From Planctomycetota bacterium (GTDB taxonomy: Bacteria; Planctomycetota; UBA8108; UBA1146; JAJFFE01), in contig JAJFFE010000145.1 of the NCBI GenBank assembly GCA_021776775.1, positions 30,884-94,883 on the forward strand: a stretch of 64,000 nt of DNA. The letters run 5' to 3'. The position numbers and the translations under genes are program-made. Shown in pieces: positions 29,178 through 37,508 of this stretch; position 1 is the stretch's first letter, and every line of letters starts with the position of its first letter. The notes beneath the pieces are model-generated. The model saw only the letters and a list, made by a program, of their open reading frames with translations, searched no databases and was not told the origin of the DNA.

Positions 29178-29459
29178 GCCCGGACGGGGTGCCCATCCGC
29201 ATCTCCGACAGGGATCACATAGCCCCAGCCAACATCCACATATCCCACCGACACCCAACGGAGTCGGGCCCACCCGCTGCCCCTCGCCTGGAACAGAATG
29301 GTTCACGCCCCGATGCGCCCGTCCCTCGTTCACACCCGTACTTGTTTGCCAACCCGCGACCCGGCGACCAACGCCACTCCCGTCCCTCATAGTCGGTGGC
29401 GAGCCATCGACTCGACCATCCCCAACCCACTGGTGTTCGAGCCACGCCACGATGCGCCC
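29178..29459 (+). repeat. ~285-bp dispersed repeat, copy 3 (inside cassette X)
   Basis: Aligns with the reverse complement of 4360-4650 and with 4990-5270. Confidence 0.8.
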
Positions 29460-29652
29460 GTCACCTGCTTCAGGTCGCATGCGACCGTTTGCAGTGTTGG
29501 CACCGCCGCGTCGAACAAGAGCGTGTGCATCGACTTCGGATTGCCGAGCGCGATGGGACGCAACTGTTCCGGCAACGTGAACAGCGCGTGGGAGTCAGGC
29601 ATCATGAAATCACGTCGCGCGGCACTACCGCGCAGCGGTTGGGTTCAACTCG

Positions 29653-29772
29653 GCGCGGCAGCCGACAAAGGGCGTCTGCTCTCTTCAGTGCCAGGTGCTC
29701 TCGGCCCACATCCTCGGTTACAATCCACGCTCTAACGAATGCTGCCCCGGCAGCTGATCTTCAACGTTAGGC
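29653..29772 (+). other. attC-like site of cassette X (tentative): R'' GTTCAAC ... R' G|TTAGGC
   Basis: R'' is 6/7 complementary to the R' (GTTGGAC) that opens cassette X. The conserved 3' half is GCTGCCCCGGCAGCTGATCTTCAAC. Confidence 0.35.
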
Positions 29773-29776
29773 GGAG

Positions 29777-30220
29777 ATGAGCGAGGAGCGTGGGAAACAA
29801 GACAAGCCTGGGTGGACTGGGTCGTATGACCACAACAATGGTCGAACCGCGGCCACGGTCGAGCTCCTGTGTGAGTCCACCCAACTGGCAGCGGACTCTC
29901 GCTTTCAGGACTTCGCCAATCAGCTTGCCCAGCACGTGGCCGCCCTTGATCCCATCGCGCTGTCCACTGACGACATTCCCGAGGCTGTGTCCCGAATCCG
30001 CAGCGAGCTCTCTCGCACGTATGCGGACAAGCCGGGTGAGATTCGGGAGAAGCTTGTCGCAGCAAAGGCCCAGCTCTACGCAACCAACTCGTGCCTTCTC
30101 GACCAGAAGTGGGTGTTCGAGGACGAGCGCAGTGTTCGTGAAGTGTTGGAGCATTACGGCCAACGCTTCGGGGAACAGCTCTCTGTTGGGGCGTTCTCTC
30201 GAACAGAACGGTCCGCCTAA
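29777..30220 (+). CDS. cassette ORF 3: truncated EF-Ts paralog (core/dimerisation domain only, no N-terminal EF-Tu-binding UBA-like domain)
   Basis: Colinear match to the EF-Ts core: TAATVELLCESTQLAADSRFQDFANQLAQHVAA...KPGEIREKLVAAKAQ...LLDQKWVFEDERSVREVLEHYGQRFGEQLSVGAFSRTE. The stop TAA is inside GCCTAAC, the complement of the upstream GTTAGGC. Confidence 0.65.
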   Translation: MSEERGKQDKPGWTGSYDHNNGRTAATVELLCESTQLAADSRFQDFANQLAQHVAALDPIALSTDDIPEAVSRIRSELSRTYADKPGEIREKLVAAKAQLYATNSCLLDQKWVFEDERSVREVLEHYGQRFGEQLSVGAFSRTERSA

Positions 30221-30399
30221 CTAACCGGTCGCCGCAACAGCCACGGGTCGGTTACCTCTCCCCGCGGTCGGTTTCACCGTTTCGACGTTGGATCGCGCCG
30301 CCGGCTCGCTACGTTCACGTTGCTCGGTAACCGCGCCGGCAGCCGCGTGTCCACTTTTCCTCGGTGAGGTCCGCGCTTTGGACAGTCCGCTCGAGTCAG

Positions 30400-30801
30400 T
30401 CAGTTGGTGAAGCTTCCCTCGAAGACGATGGGGTACTCCGCGGCGTGGCCCGCCTCGAACTTCACCTCGCCGGACAGTCCCGCGAGTTCGCCGTAGCCCG
30501 AGTCGGCAATCACGTCCCACACCGAGTTCACGACCCCCTCGTGAAAGCTCCCGGTGTGACGAAAGACAAACCCTCCGCTCTTACCGTTGAGCGATCCCTT
30601 GAACTGCTCGACACCGACGAACTCCGCGTGCTCGGCGTTGACGTACACCATGAGGTAGTCGACATCGCCGGTGCCATCGAGCCCTCCCGAGTACGTCTTA
30701 CTAACAGACGCTTTGGTAACGCGACGATCCTTGTCCGGGGCTCCGGACACTTCCTCCTCCCATGAAGCGATCACAAAGGTCGACTCGATCTTTAAGGACA
30801 T
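30400..30801 (-). CDS. DUF3224 domain protein
   Basis: ~133 aa. YLMVYVNAEHAEFVGVEQFKGSLNGKSGGFVFRHTGSF fits the DUF3224 pattern. Confidence 0.55.
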   Translation of the reverse strand: MSLKIESTFVIASWEEEVSGAPDKDRRVTKASVSKTYSGGLDGTGDVDYLMVYVNAEHAEFVGVEQFKGSLNGKSGGFVFRHTGSFHEGVVNSVWDVIADSGYGELAGLSGEVKFEAGHAAEYPIVFEGSFTN

Positions 30802-30811
30802 GACCGTGGAC

Positions 30812-31171
30812 TCACTTCTTGTAACGGGGTTGGTACAACTGAACGCGAAGATCGCCGGGCATCTTGAAGTACGTCGCTAGCCCGTAGCCCATATCTTGAA
30901 CTGCGTCCGTGAACTCGACGCCGCGTTCCTTCATCTCCGCCATCGTCGCTTCGACATCGTCACAGTAGAACGAAATATCGTGCGTGCCGTTGGGCCGACC
31001 TTCTTTGCCCGACTCGTCCGAGGGGTGGACGCCCATGTCTGCTTCAGGCATGTCGAAGATCAACCACCCGCCACCGACATCCGTCGCGGAGAAACCCAGC
31101 TTGTCACGGAGAAACTCACGGAGCGCCTCGGCTTTCGACGAGTAGAACATCGTGTGTACGCCACGAATCAT
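30812..31171 (-). CDS. VOC (glyoxalase/bleomycin-resistance) family protein
   Basis: Short βαβββ module: FYSSKAEALREFLRDKLGF...GTHDISFYCDDVEAT. Confidence 0.6.
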   Translation of the reverse strand: MIRGVHTMFYSSKAEALREFLRDKLGFSATDVGGGWLIFDMPEADMGVHPSDESGKEGRPNGTHDISFYCDDVEATMAEMKERGVEFTDAVQDMGYGLATYFKMPGDLRVQLYQPRYKK

Positions 31172-31374
31172 GGCAGTGCCCTTTCAACTCGTTGGCCGGC
31201 TGCGGCCAAGAGAGGTGGGCGATTGTCGTTCGAGGTCGCCGAGGCGTCTAGTCACGAAAAGTTGAATCGGTCCATCGGCGGCGTGACGCGCCGATAGAGT
31301 CTGCGCTAGGACTAGCGTATCATCGCAGCACGACTCACGGCCACGAACTGACCTCTCTCGAGTAGCAACGCGAA

Positions 31375-33405
31375 GTGTCCATGTCTGAATTGTTCGACCC
31401 TGATCTGACGGAGCCTTCTCTCGAATGGAGAGATGGCGCCCCCTTGTCGACCGAGTTTGACGATGTGTATTTCTCCAACAGCGGCGGACCGGAGGAAACA
31501 CGACACGTGTTTCTCACCGGCAACGGCTTGCCGCAGCGATGGAGCGGCAGAACCCACTTCGTAATCGGCGAGACCGGGTTCGGAACCGGGCTCAACTTCA
31601 TCGAGACGTGGCGGGCTTGGCGGTCGGATCCCGAGAGCTGCACTCGACTTCATTTTCTTTCGGTGGAGAAGCACCCGATCAGTCGGGAGTTGCTGAGTCG
31701 CGCCCTTCGCGCGCATCCTGAGCGCGAGCTGGTGGACGACCTCATTGCAAAGTATCCGGTTCGCTGCCCCGGCTTTCACCGGGTGGAGTTCGAGTCCGGT
31801 CGGGTGGTCTTGACGCTGCTGTTCGGCGACGTGCTCACCATGCTGAGTCGAATCGGCAACGGCGCAGGGAGAACGGTCGACGCGTGGTTTCTGGACGGGT
31901 TCACTCCTTCGCGCAATCCCGAGATGTGGTCGATCGACGTGTTTCGCGAGATCGCTCGCCTGTCACGTACGGGCGCAAGTTTCGCCACGTTTACCTCGGC
32001 GGGTTTCGTGCGTCGCGGACTCGAGCAAGTCGGGTTCGATGTCAGGAAGTGCAAGGGGTTTCGCCACAAGCGGGAGATGGCGCACGGAGAGTTCAAGACG
32101 GTGTCCGGTTGCGATGAATCGTCAAAGCCGTGGCACCGGTGGCCGGCGGCGCCGACCGCAACGCAAGCACTGGTCGTCGGCGGCGGCTTGGCCGGCACCG
32201 CGACCGCTCGCGCTCTCAGTCTCCGGGGGTTTGACGTCACGCTATTGGAACGTCACGACGACATAGCGACCCAAGCGTCGGGAAGTCCGGCGGGTATCTA
32301 TCACGCCGACCTCATGCGTGAGTGCACGCCGCGCGAACGACTCTTCACGGGGGCGGTCGGCTTCACGGCCCGTCGGCTGCAGAGCTACTTCGATGGTACA
32401 TTGGACGTCGCCGGAGCGCCGTGTGGGGCGGTGCACCCCGTGACCTCCGCGAAGCGCGCGCAACACCACCGCGACGTGACGGAACGACGCGCCGTCTTTC
32501 CCGAATTCGTAGAGTGGCTATCGCCGGACGAGGCGAGCGATGTCGCCGGGCTTGCCATCGAACAGCCGGCACTCTTCTACCCGCAAGCGGGCTGGGTATG
32601 CCCGGCCGATGTGTGCCGTGCAAACATCGAGTCGGGACACGAGGTTCGCGTGCGTACCGGGACCCACGTGGCCGGGCTCGAACGGGTAGGCGATCGTTGG
32701 GTGGCGACGAACGACGAAGGCGACGTTGTCGGAGAAGCTCCGATCGTGGTGATTGCGACCGCCGGCGACGCGCTTCACCTTCCGATCGTCAACTGGCTTC
32801 CGTTGCGACAACTGCGTGGGCAGATCACTCGCGTCGAAGCGACCGCGGCCAGCGACCGCCTACGTTCAGTCGTCTACTACGAAGGGTATGCCACGCCGAG
32901 CCACGACGGATTTCACACACTGGGCGCCACGTTCGATCACGACTCGGTCGACGTCACGGTCCGCGACGAAGACCACGTCGCCAATCTCGACCGCCTCTGC
33001 GAAGGTTTCCCGGCACTTCATTCCTCGCTGGCGACACGGTCGGCACGTCGCGTGGGACGCGCAGCGCTACGAGCCGTCTGCCCCGATCACCTTCCCATGA
33101 TTGGACCGGTCCCCGACGAAGCACGGTTCCGCCGCCAGTACGACGGCTTGCGGTTCGGGCGATCGATCGACGAGCAGTCGCCGGCGCCGGTTCTGCCCGG
33201 GCTGTACGTGTCGGTCGGTCACGGCTCCCGCGGGATTGTCTCGAGCCAGTTCGGCGCGGAGATCATCGCCAGCCAGATTGCCGGCGACCCCATGCCGACG
33301 GAGCGGGGAATCGTCGACGCCCTGACTCCGGGCCGTTTCCTGGTTCGCTCGCTGGCGCGCGGCGGCGGCGACGGCCACGCCGAGGCTGACGAAGACGACG
33401 GCTAA
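31375..33405 (+). CDS. mnmC: bifunctional tRNA 5-methylaminomethyl-2-thiouridine biosynthesis protein MnmC (methyltransferase + FAD oxidase)
   Basis: N-terminal EFDDVYFSNSGG...WFLDGFTP (MnmC1/DUF752). C-terminal FAD-binding VVGGGLAGTATA and DAO-type oxidase. Confidence 0.8.
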   Translation: MSMSELFDPDLTEPSLEWRDGAPLSTEFDDVYFSNSGGPEETRHVFLTGNGLPQRWSGRTHFVIGETGFGTGLNFIETWRAWRSDPESCTRLHFLSVEKHPISRELLSRALRAHPERELVDDLIAKYPVRCPGFHRVEFESGRVVLTLLFGDVLTMLSRIGNGAGRTVDAWFLDGFTPSRNPEMWSIDVFREIARLSRTGASFATFTSAGFVRRGLEQVGFDVRKCKGFRHKREMAHGEFKTVSGCDESSKPWHRWPAAPTATQALVVGGGLAGTATARALSLRGFDVTLLERHDDIATQASGSPAGIYHADLMRECTPRERLFTGAVGFTARRLQSYFDGTLDVAGAPCGAVHPVTSAKRAQHHRDVTERRAVFPEFVEWLSPDEASDVAGLAIEQPALFYPQAGWVCPADVCRANIESGHEVRVRTGTHVAGLERVGDRWVATNDEGDVVGEAPIVVIATAGDALHLPIVNWLPLRQLRGQITRVEATAASDRLRSVVYYEGYATPSHDGFHTLGATFDHDSVDVTVRDEDHVANLDRLCEGFPALHSSLATRSARRVGRAALRAVCPDHLPMIGPVPDEARFRRQYDGLRFGRSIDEQSPAPVLPGLYVSVGHGSRGIVSSQFGAEIIASQIAGDPMPTERGIVDALTPGRFLVRSLARGGGDGHAEADEDDG

Positions 33406-33623
33406 CCTGCGCCAAGGAGGCTTCTTAGAAGATTGCGCCAGCCGCGCTTCACATCGGACGGGTGCCATCCCACTCCAGGTGAACGATTCCCACGTTTCGG
33501 GGGTCGTCTCGGCGTGCGAAGATGCACGATATACCGATATCGAGGCGGGATCGGCATCCCGCGGCGACGCTTCACGTGCCGACCTGGCGCGCGGGGGTTT
33601 CGGGCTCAAATCGGAGTGGTGGC

Positions 33624-36482
33624 ATGTCTCGACTCAATGCGCGACCGGTGCGCGAAATCCCGGACACCGAATTGATCGCGCGAACGCTAGCGGGTGATCG
33701 TGACGCGTACGGCGACCTCGTCGGCCGTTACCTCGACACGAGCTACGCCGTGGCGTACGGACTGACCGGCTGCCGTTCGGACAGCGACGACTTGGTTCAG
33801 GAGGCGTTCCTCGGAGCGTTCCAGGGACTCGGTCGGTTGCAGTCGCCCACTAAGTTTGGTGCCTGGCTGACCGGTATCCTTCGACGGCTAGATGCGAATC
33901 GCCGCCGCACCGCTCGACGACGTCGCGAAGTCATGCGCGATTACTCCGACCACCGACCGTCGGTGAGCGATGTCGATGGGCCCGTCGACGAACACGATGA
34001 AGAGTTGTGGCGTTCGATCCATGGTCTCCCGGATGAACTTCGCGTTCCGTTGGTGCTGTTTTACTTCGAAGGAGAGTCGACCGCGGCGGTCGCGGAGCGT
34101 CTCAATTTGGAACCGGCGACGGCCCGCAAGCGAGTCCAACTCGCCAGAGATCGGCTGCGCGAACGGTTGCATACGGATCCGCGGGCGCCGCTCGCTCGAC
34201 CCGAACTCAAGCGACTGCGTCCGTCTCGCGCGTTGCGGACAGCGATCGCGTTGACGATTGCAGCCGCCCCGTTCGGTGCCGAAGCGTCGGCCGCCGTGGA
34301 CCCGTCGCTGTTCGCCGACCGATCGCTAGGAGGTTGGCAGGAACCGTTCGGCGGTGCCTTCCCGATCAAGGTCGCGGCGGCGGCTCTGTTCGCGATTGGT
34401 TTGACGTTACTCATCGTCGCCGTGCGCGAAGACTCCGCCGTCCCGTTACCGCAACCGCAGTCGGCACGATCACCCGTTGCAAGTCGCGACGCGACGCCCG
34501 AACGTCAGTCGACGGCGGCCGACAACAGCGTGAGCGCATGGCAGCCGGCTCCCGTACAAGCAGCGCACGCGCCGACCACCCCGCCCCCGTCGACCCCCAA
34601 TGTCACTCGCACCGCCCAAATCCGCGGGACCGTTCGCATGGCAGACGGCTCGCCATTGGTCTGCCGACAGGTCTTCCTGGGGGAAAGCCGACAACCGTGG
34701 GCACGAGCGGAGTCCGCGTCGCTCGACGAGTCTGGGACGTTCCATTTCAACGTCGACAGTGAGGAAGACCGCTGGATCTACCTGCTGCTCGACCACGCGC
34801 TGGTCTGTCCGCGCGATTCGTGGGTACGACCGAGCTTCTCGCTGGAGAAGCAGCTAGACATTGTGGTCGAACCCGGCGTCACGCTGTCCGGCGTGATCGT
34901 GGACCCCGACGGTCATCCGGTTCGTCGAGCGCGCGTCACGTTGGAAACGTCGGAGCCCAATCAGCAGGGCGAAGCGCTCATCGAAACGAACCGGGACGGG
35001 GAGTTCGAAATCCCCCACGTCCCGGTCGGTGAGTACCAGATGTCGATATCACACGCCCAGCACTCTCGGCATCTCGAGCGAATCCAACTTCGCGGCGACG
35101 TCCGCCGAAACTGGACGCTGCAGCCTCCGCGAGTGTTGAAGTTGACGATCGCGGGACTGCCGGCCGAATCCCGAGAGTCGGTGATCCGCTTCTCGTTGAA
35201 GCAGCGCGACGCCGGGCTCGCGGCCGACGTGCTAGCGCACCGGGAAGAGCTACTGTTTCACGGAACACCCGACTCGACCGGCACGATGACGCTCCAGGCG
35301 CCGCCGCCCGGCGTGTGGACCGGCACCTTCTACAAGACTCTCCCGAAGCGCCGTTTCGAGTTGGTGATTCCTGAATCGGGGGACGAGGTCCACGCGACCG
35401 TCGACTTGGCCGTCGGCGCAGTGTTGAGCGGTTTGGTTCGAGTTGTGGGAGGCAGCGTATTGACCGAAGCGGTACTCGTTGACGTCTCTGGTCGAGGCGG
35501 ACGCGGCGCCCAACTGCGCACCCCGATCGAAGTGTTGACGAGCTCTTCGACGCCGATCCTCAAGTACACCCAAACCGGAGTTCCCGCTGGCGGCTACCTG
35601 GCCGGAGTCAAACAGTGGATCGCCGGCCACCCCGCAAACACGGACCAGCCCGAGTGGATCTTCTACGGCACCGAACGACTGCAACTCGACGGATCCGAAT
35701 CTCACACGCTCGACCTGACGCTACCGACAACCCAGCCGGTTCATGTCACGCTGTCCCCCGAGAGTTCGACGAGATCCACCTCGTTCACCGCGTTGACGAT
35801 TACGCCGGTCGCGGTGCCGGGATTGTTCACGTTCACCTTCGAAGACGGTGCGGTGGAACCGGCGGCACACATCGGGGCGCTGGGGCTGGTAGCGAGCCAT
35901 CGCGTTGCGGTGTTCGATCATCTTCCCCCTGGGCGCTACCAAGTGTCCGCGATGATCGACGGCGTTCGCACCCGGCCGACGCAGATCAACGTCGGCGACG
36001 CTGGGCAAGCACCGGTGATCGTGGAACTCGCTTTTCCGCAGTTCGTGCGCGTCGAGCTTTCCGTCGAGAGCACGTACCTGCCGAGCCGACTGCTGGTCCA
36101 ATGCCCGCCAGCTCCGACCTCGGATCGATTCTCGAGTTCCCGCGCTTGGTTCGAGGAGTACTCGAGATGGCTCGCTGGCGCGCTGGTCCGCGATCGCGTG
36201 GATCCGGAGTTCTCGAGTAGCGCAACCGTTCATCACTTCGGACGCCCGTACAACGACTTCGTCGTAGGGTGGCACTACTGGCGGTCGTTAGTGGTCCGCG
36301 ATGTGAAGTTCGAGGGCAATCTTCACGTCGGATCGAGCGGGCGCGCAACCTTGGAGTTTCCAGCCCACGCCCCGGACGACGCGATCGTGCGCATTCAGGC
36401 GCCCGGGTTCGACGCGATCGAGATGCGGGTGCGCGAACTGCTCGAGTACCAGGACTCACCCGTGCCACTCTTCCTCAAGTAG
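33624..36482 (+). CDS. ECF sigma-70 factor fused to a TM helix and a ~700-aa extracytoplasmic domain with carboxypeptidase-regulatory-like repeats
   Basis: GGAG Shine-Dalgarno then ATG 33624. Region 2 LVQEAFLGAF and region 4 EGESTAAVAERLNLEPATARKRVQLARDRLR. TM segment IKVAAAALFAIGLTLLIVAV. The track ORF 33522 over-extends at the 5' end. Confidence 0.7.
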   Translation: MSRLNARPVREIPDTELIARTLAGDRDAYGDLVGRYLDTSYAVAYGLTGCRSDSDDLVQEAFLGAFQGLGRLQSPTKFGAWLTGILRRLDANRRRTARRRREVMRDYSDHRPSVSDVDGPVDEHDEELWRSIHGLPDELRVPLVLFYFEGESTAAVAERLNLEPATARKRVQLARDRLRERLHTDPRAPLARPELKRLRPSRALRTAIALTIAAAPFGAEASAAVDPSLFADRSLGGWQEPFGGAFPIKVAAAALFAIGLTLLIVAVREDSAVPLPQPQSARSPVASRDATPERQSTAADNSVSAWQPAPVQAAHAPTTPPPSTPNVTRTAQIRGTVRMADGSPLVCRQVFLGESRQPWARAESASLDESGTFHFNVDSEEDRWIYLLLDHALVCPRDSWVRPSFSLEKQLDIVVEPGVTLSGVIVDPDGHPVRRARVTLETSEPNQQGEALIETNRDGEFEIPHVPVGEYQMSISHAQHSRHLERIQLRGDVRRNWTLQPPRVLKLTIAGLPAESRESVIRFSLKQRDAGLAADVLAHREELLFHGTPDSTGTMTLQAPPPGVWTGTFYKTLPKRRFELVIPESGDEVHATVDLAVGAVLSGLVRVVGGSVLTEAVLVDVSGRGGRGAQLRTPIEVLTSSSTPILKYTQTGVPAGGYLAGVKQWIAGHPANTDQPEWIFYGTERLQLDGSESHTLDLTLPTTQPVHVTLSPESSTRSTSFTALTITPVAVPGLFTFTFEDGAVEPAAHIGALGLVASHRVAVFDHLPPGRYQVSAMIDGVRTRPTQINVGDAGQAPVIVELAFPQFVRVELSVESTYLPSRLLVQCPPAPTSDRFSSSRAWFEEYSRWLAGALVRDRVDPEFSSSATVHHFGRPYNDFVVGWHYWRSLVVRDVKFEGNLHVGSSGRATLEFPAHAPDDAIVRIQAPGFDAIEMRVRELLEYQDSPVPLFLK

Positions 36483-36575
36483 TGCCGGAGCGTGCGCTGT
36501 GTAGCCATTGAACTTCACCGCTAGCCACACCTCTAGTCTTGATTCGCACGTCCACCTGTTATCCAGTAGGCCGCA

Positions 36576-37454
36576 ATGGCCACCGCACTTCGCGTCCTCA
36601 CCAGCGGCGACGAGCCGCTCCTCGAATCGTTCCTCGGTGTCCGACCAGAGACCAGCATGTTTCTGCGATCGAACTTGCGGCTCAGCGGGATCGTCGATCA
36701 GGGTAAACCGTACCAAGGGACGTACGTTGGAGTGTTCGATGGCGACTCCATCTCCGGCGTGGTCATGCACGCGTGGCAGGGCAATCTCCTTTTGCAGTTG
36801 CCGCACTGTGAACGAGAGGCGATCGAACTCGCAGTTCATACGTCGGGACGTCCGATCGCCGGATTGGTCGGTCCGTGGGAGCAGGTGGAGGCCGCACGCC
36901 ACAGCCTAGGCTTGGTCGATCAAGCCACTGCGATGGACAGTTGCGAAGATCTGTTCACTCTCTCCTATTCTGACCTCGTCGTCCCCAGCGGTCTCGCCGA
37001 TGGCTCCCTCGTGTGTAGAGCTCCGCGTGTAGATGAGTTCACCCTGCTCTCCAAGTGGGGATTCGACTACGCCGTCGAAGCACTGAACTTCGAAGCGGGC
37101 GACGCGCTGGCCAAGAGCAGTCGAAAGTCGGTCGAACTGCAAGCGTCCAACGAGACGTTGTACATTCTCCTCGACCGAGGCACGCCCGTCTGTCGCACCG
37201 GGTTCAACGCGACCTTGCCGGACTCCGTTCAAATCGGTGGCGTTTATACGCCACCCAAATCGCGATCTCAGGGATTCGGACGGGCCGCAGTCGCCGGTTC
37301 TTTGATCGACGTCGCGCCACGCGGAGTGGTGAGTTCGCTTCTTTTCACCGACAAAGAGAATCACGCCGCGCAGCGCGCTTACAAGAGCTTGGGGTATCGT
37401 TGTATCGGCGAGTACGGATTGGTCCGATTCGCGGAACCGATCCGGCATCGGTGA
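36576..37454 (+). CDS. GNAT family N-acetyltransferase (two-lobed)
   Basis: C-terminal GFGRAAVAGSLIDVA...ENHAAQRAYKSLGY. Confidence 0.55.
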   Translation: MATALRVLTSGDEPLLESFLGVRPETSMFLRSNLRLSGIVDQGKPYQGTYVGVFDGDSISGVVMHAWQGNLLLQLPHCEREAIELAVHTSGRPIAGLVGPWEQVEAARHSLGLVDQATAMDSCEDLFTLSYSDLVVPSGLADGSLVCRAPRVDEFTLLSKWGFDYAVEALNFEAGDALAKSSRKSVELQASNETLYILLDRGTPVCRTGFNATLPDSVQIGGVYTPPKSRSQGFGRAAVAGSLIDVAPRGVVSSLLFTDKENHAAQRAYKSLGYRCIGEYGLVRFAEPIRHR

Positions 37455-37508
37455 GTGTCAGCCGGCCTATTCTTCGGTTACGATCCGCGCCGAGGAGGTC
37501 GATTGCGC

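Larger units (their letters stand above)
26906..30293. mobile_element. degenerate chromosomal integron: intI remnant, attI-like region and array of at least 4 cassettes
   Basis: Details are in the findings. Three independent cassettes each show perfect 7-bp core/inverse-core complementarity. Confidence 0.6.

Noticed and set aside
29178-29459. The 285-bp repeats as 5'-truncated group II intron remnants, or as tRNA-derived integration sites.
   Set aside because: No domain V/VI-like structure is present. The 3'-terminal GAGCC...GATG has no AGC-triad hairpin. No tRNA-like cloverleaf was found.
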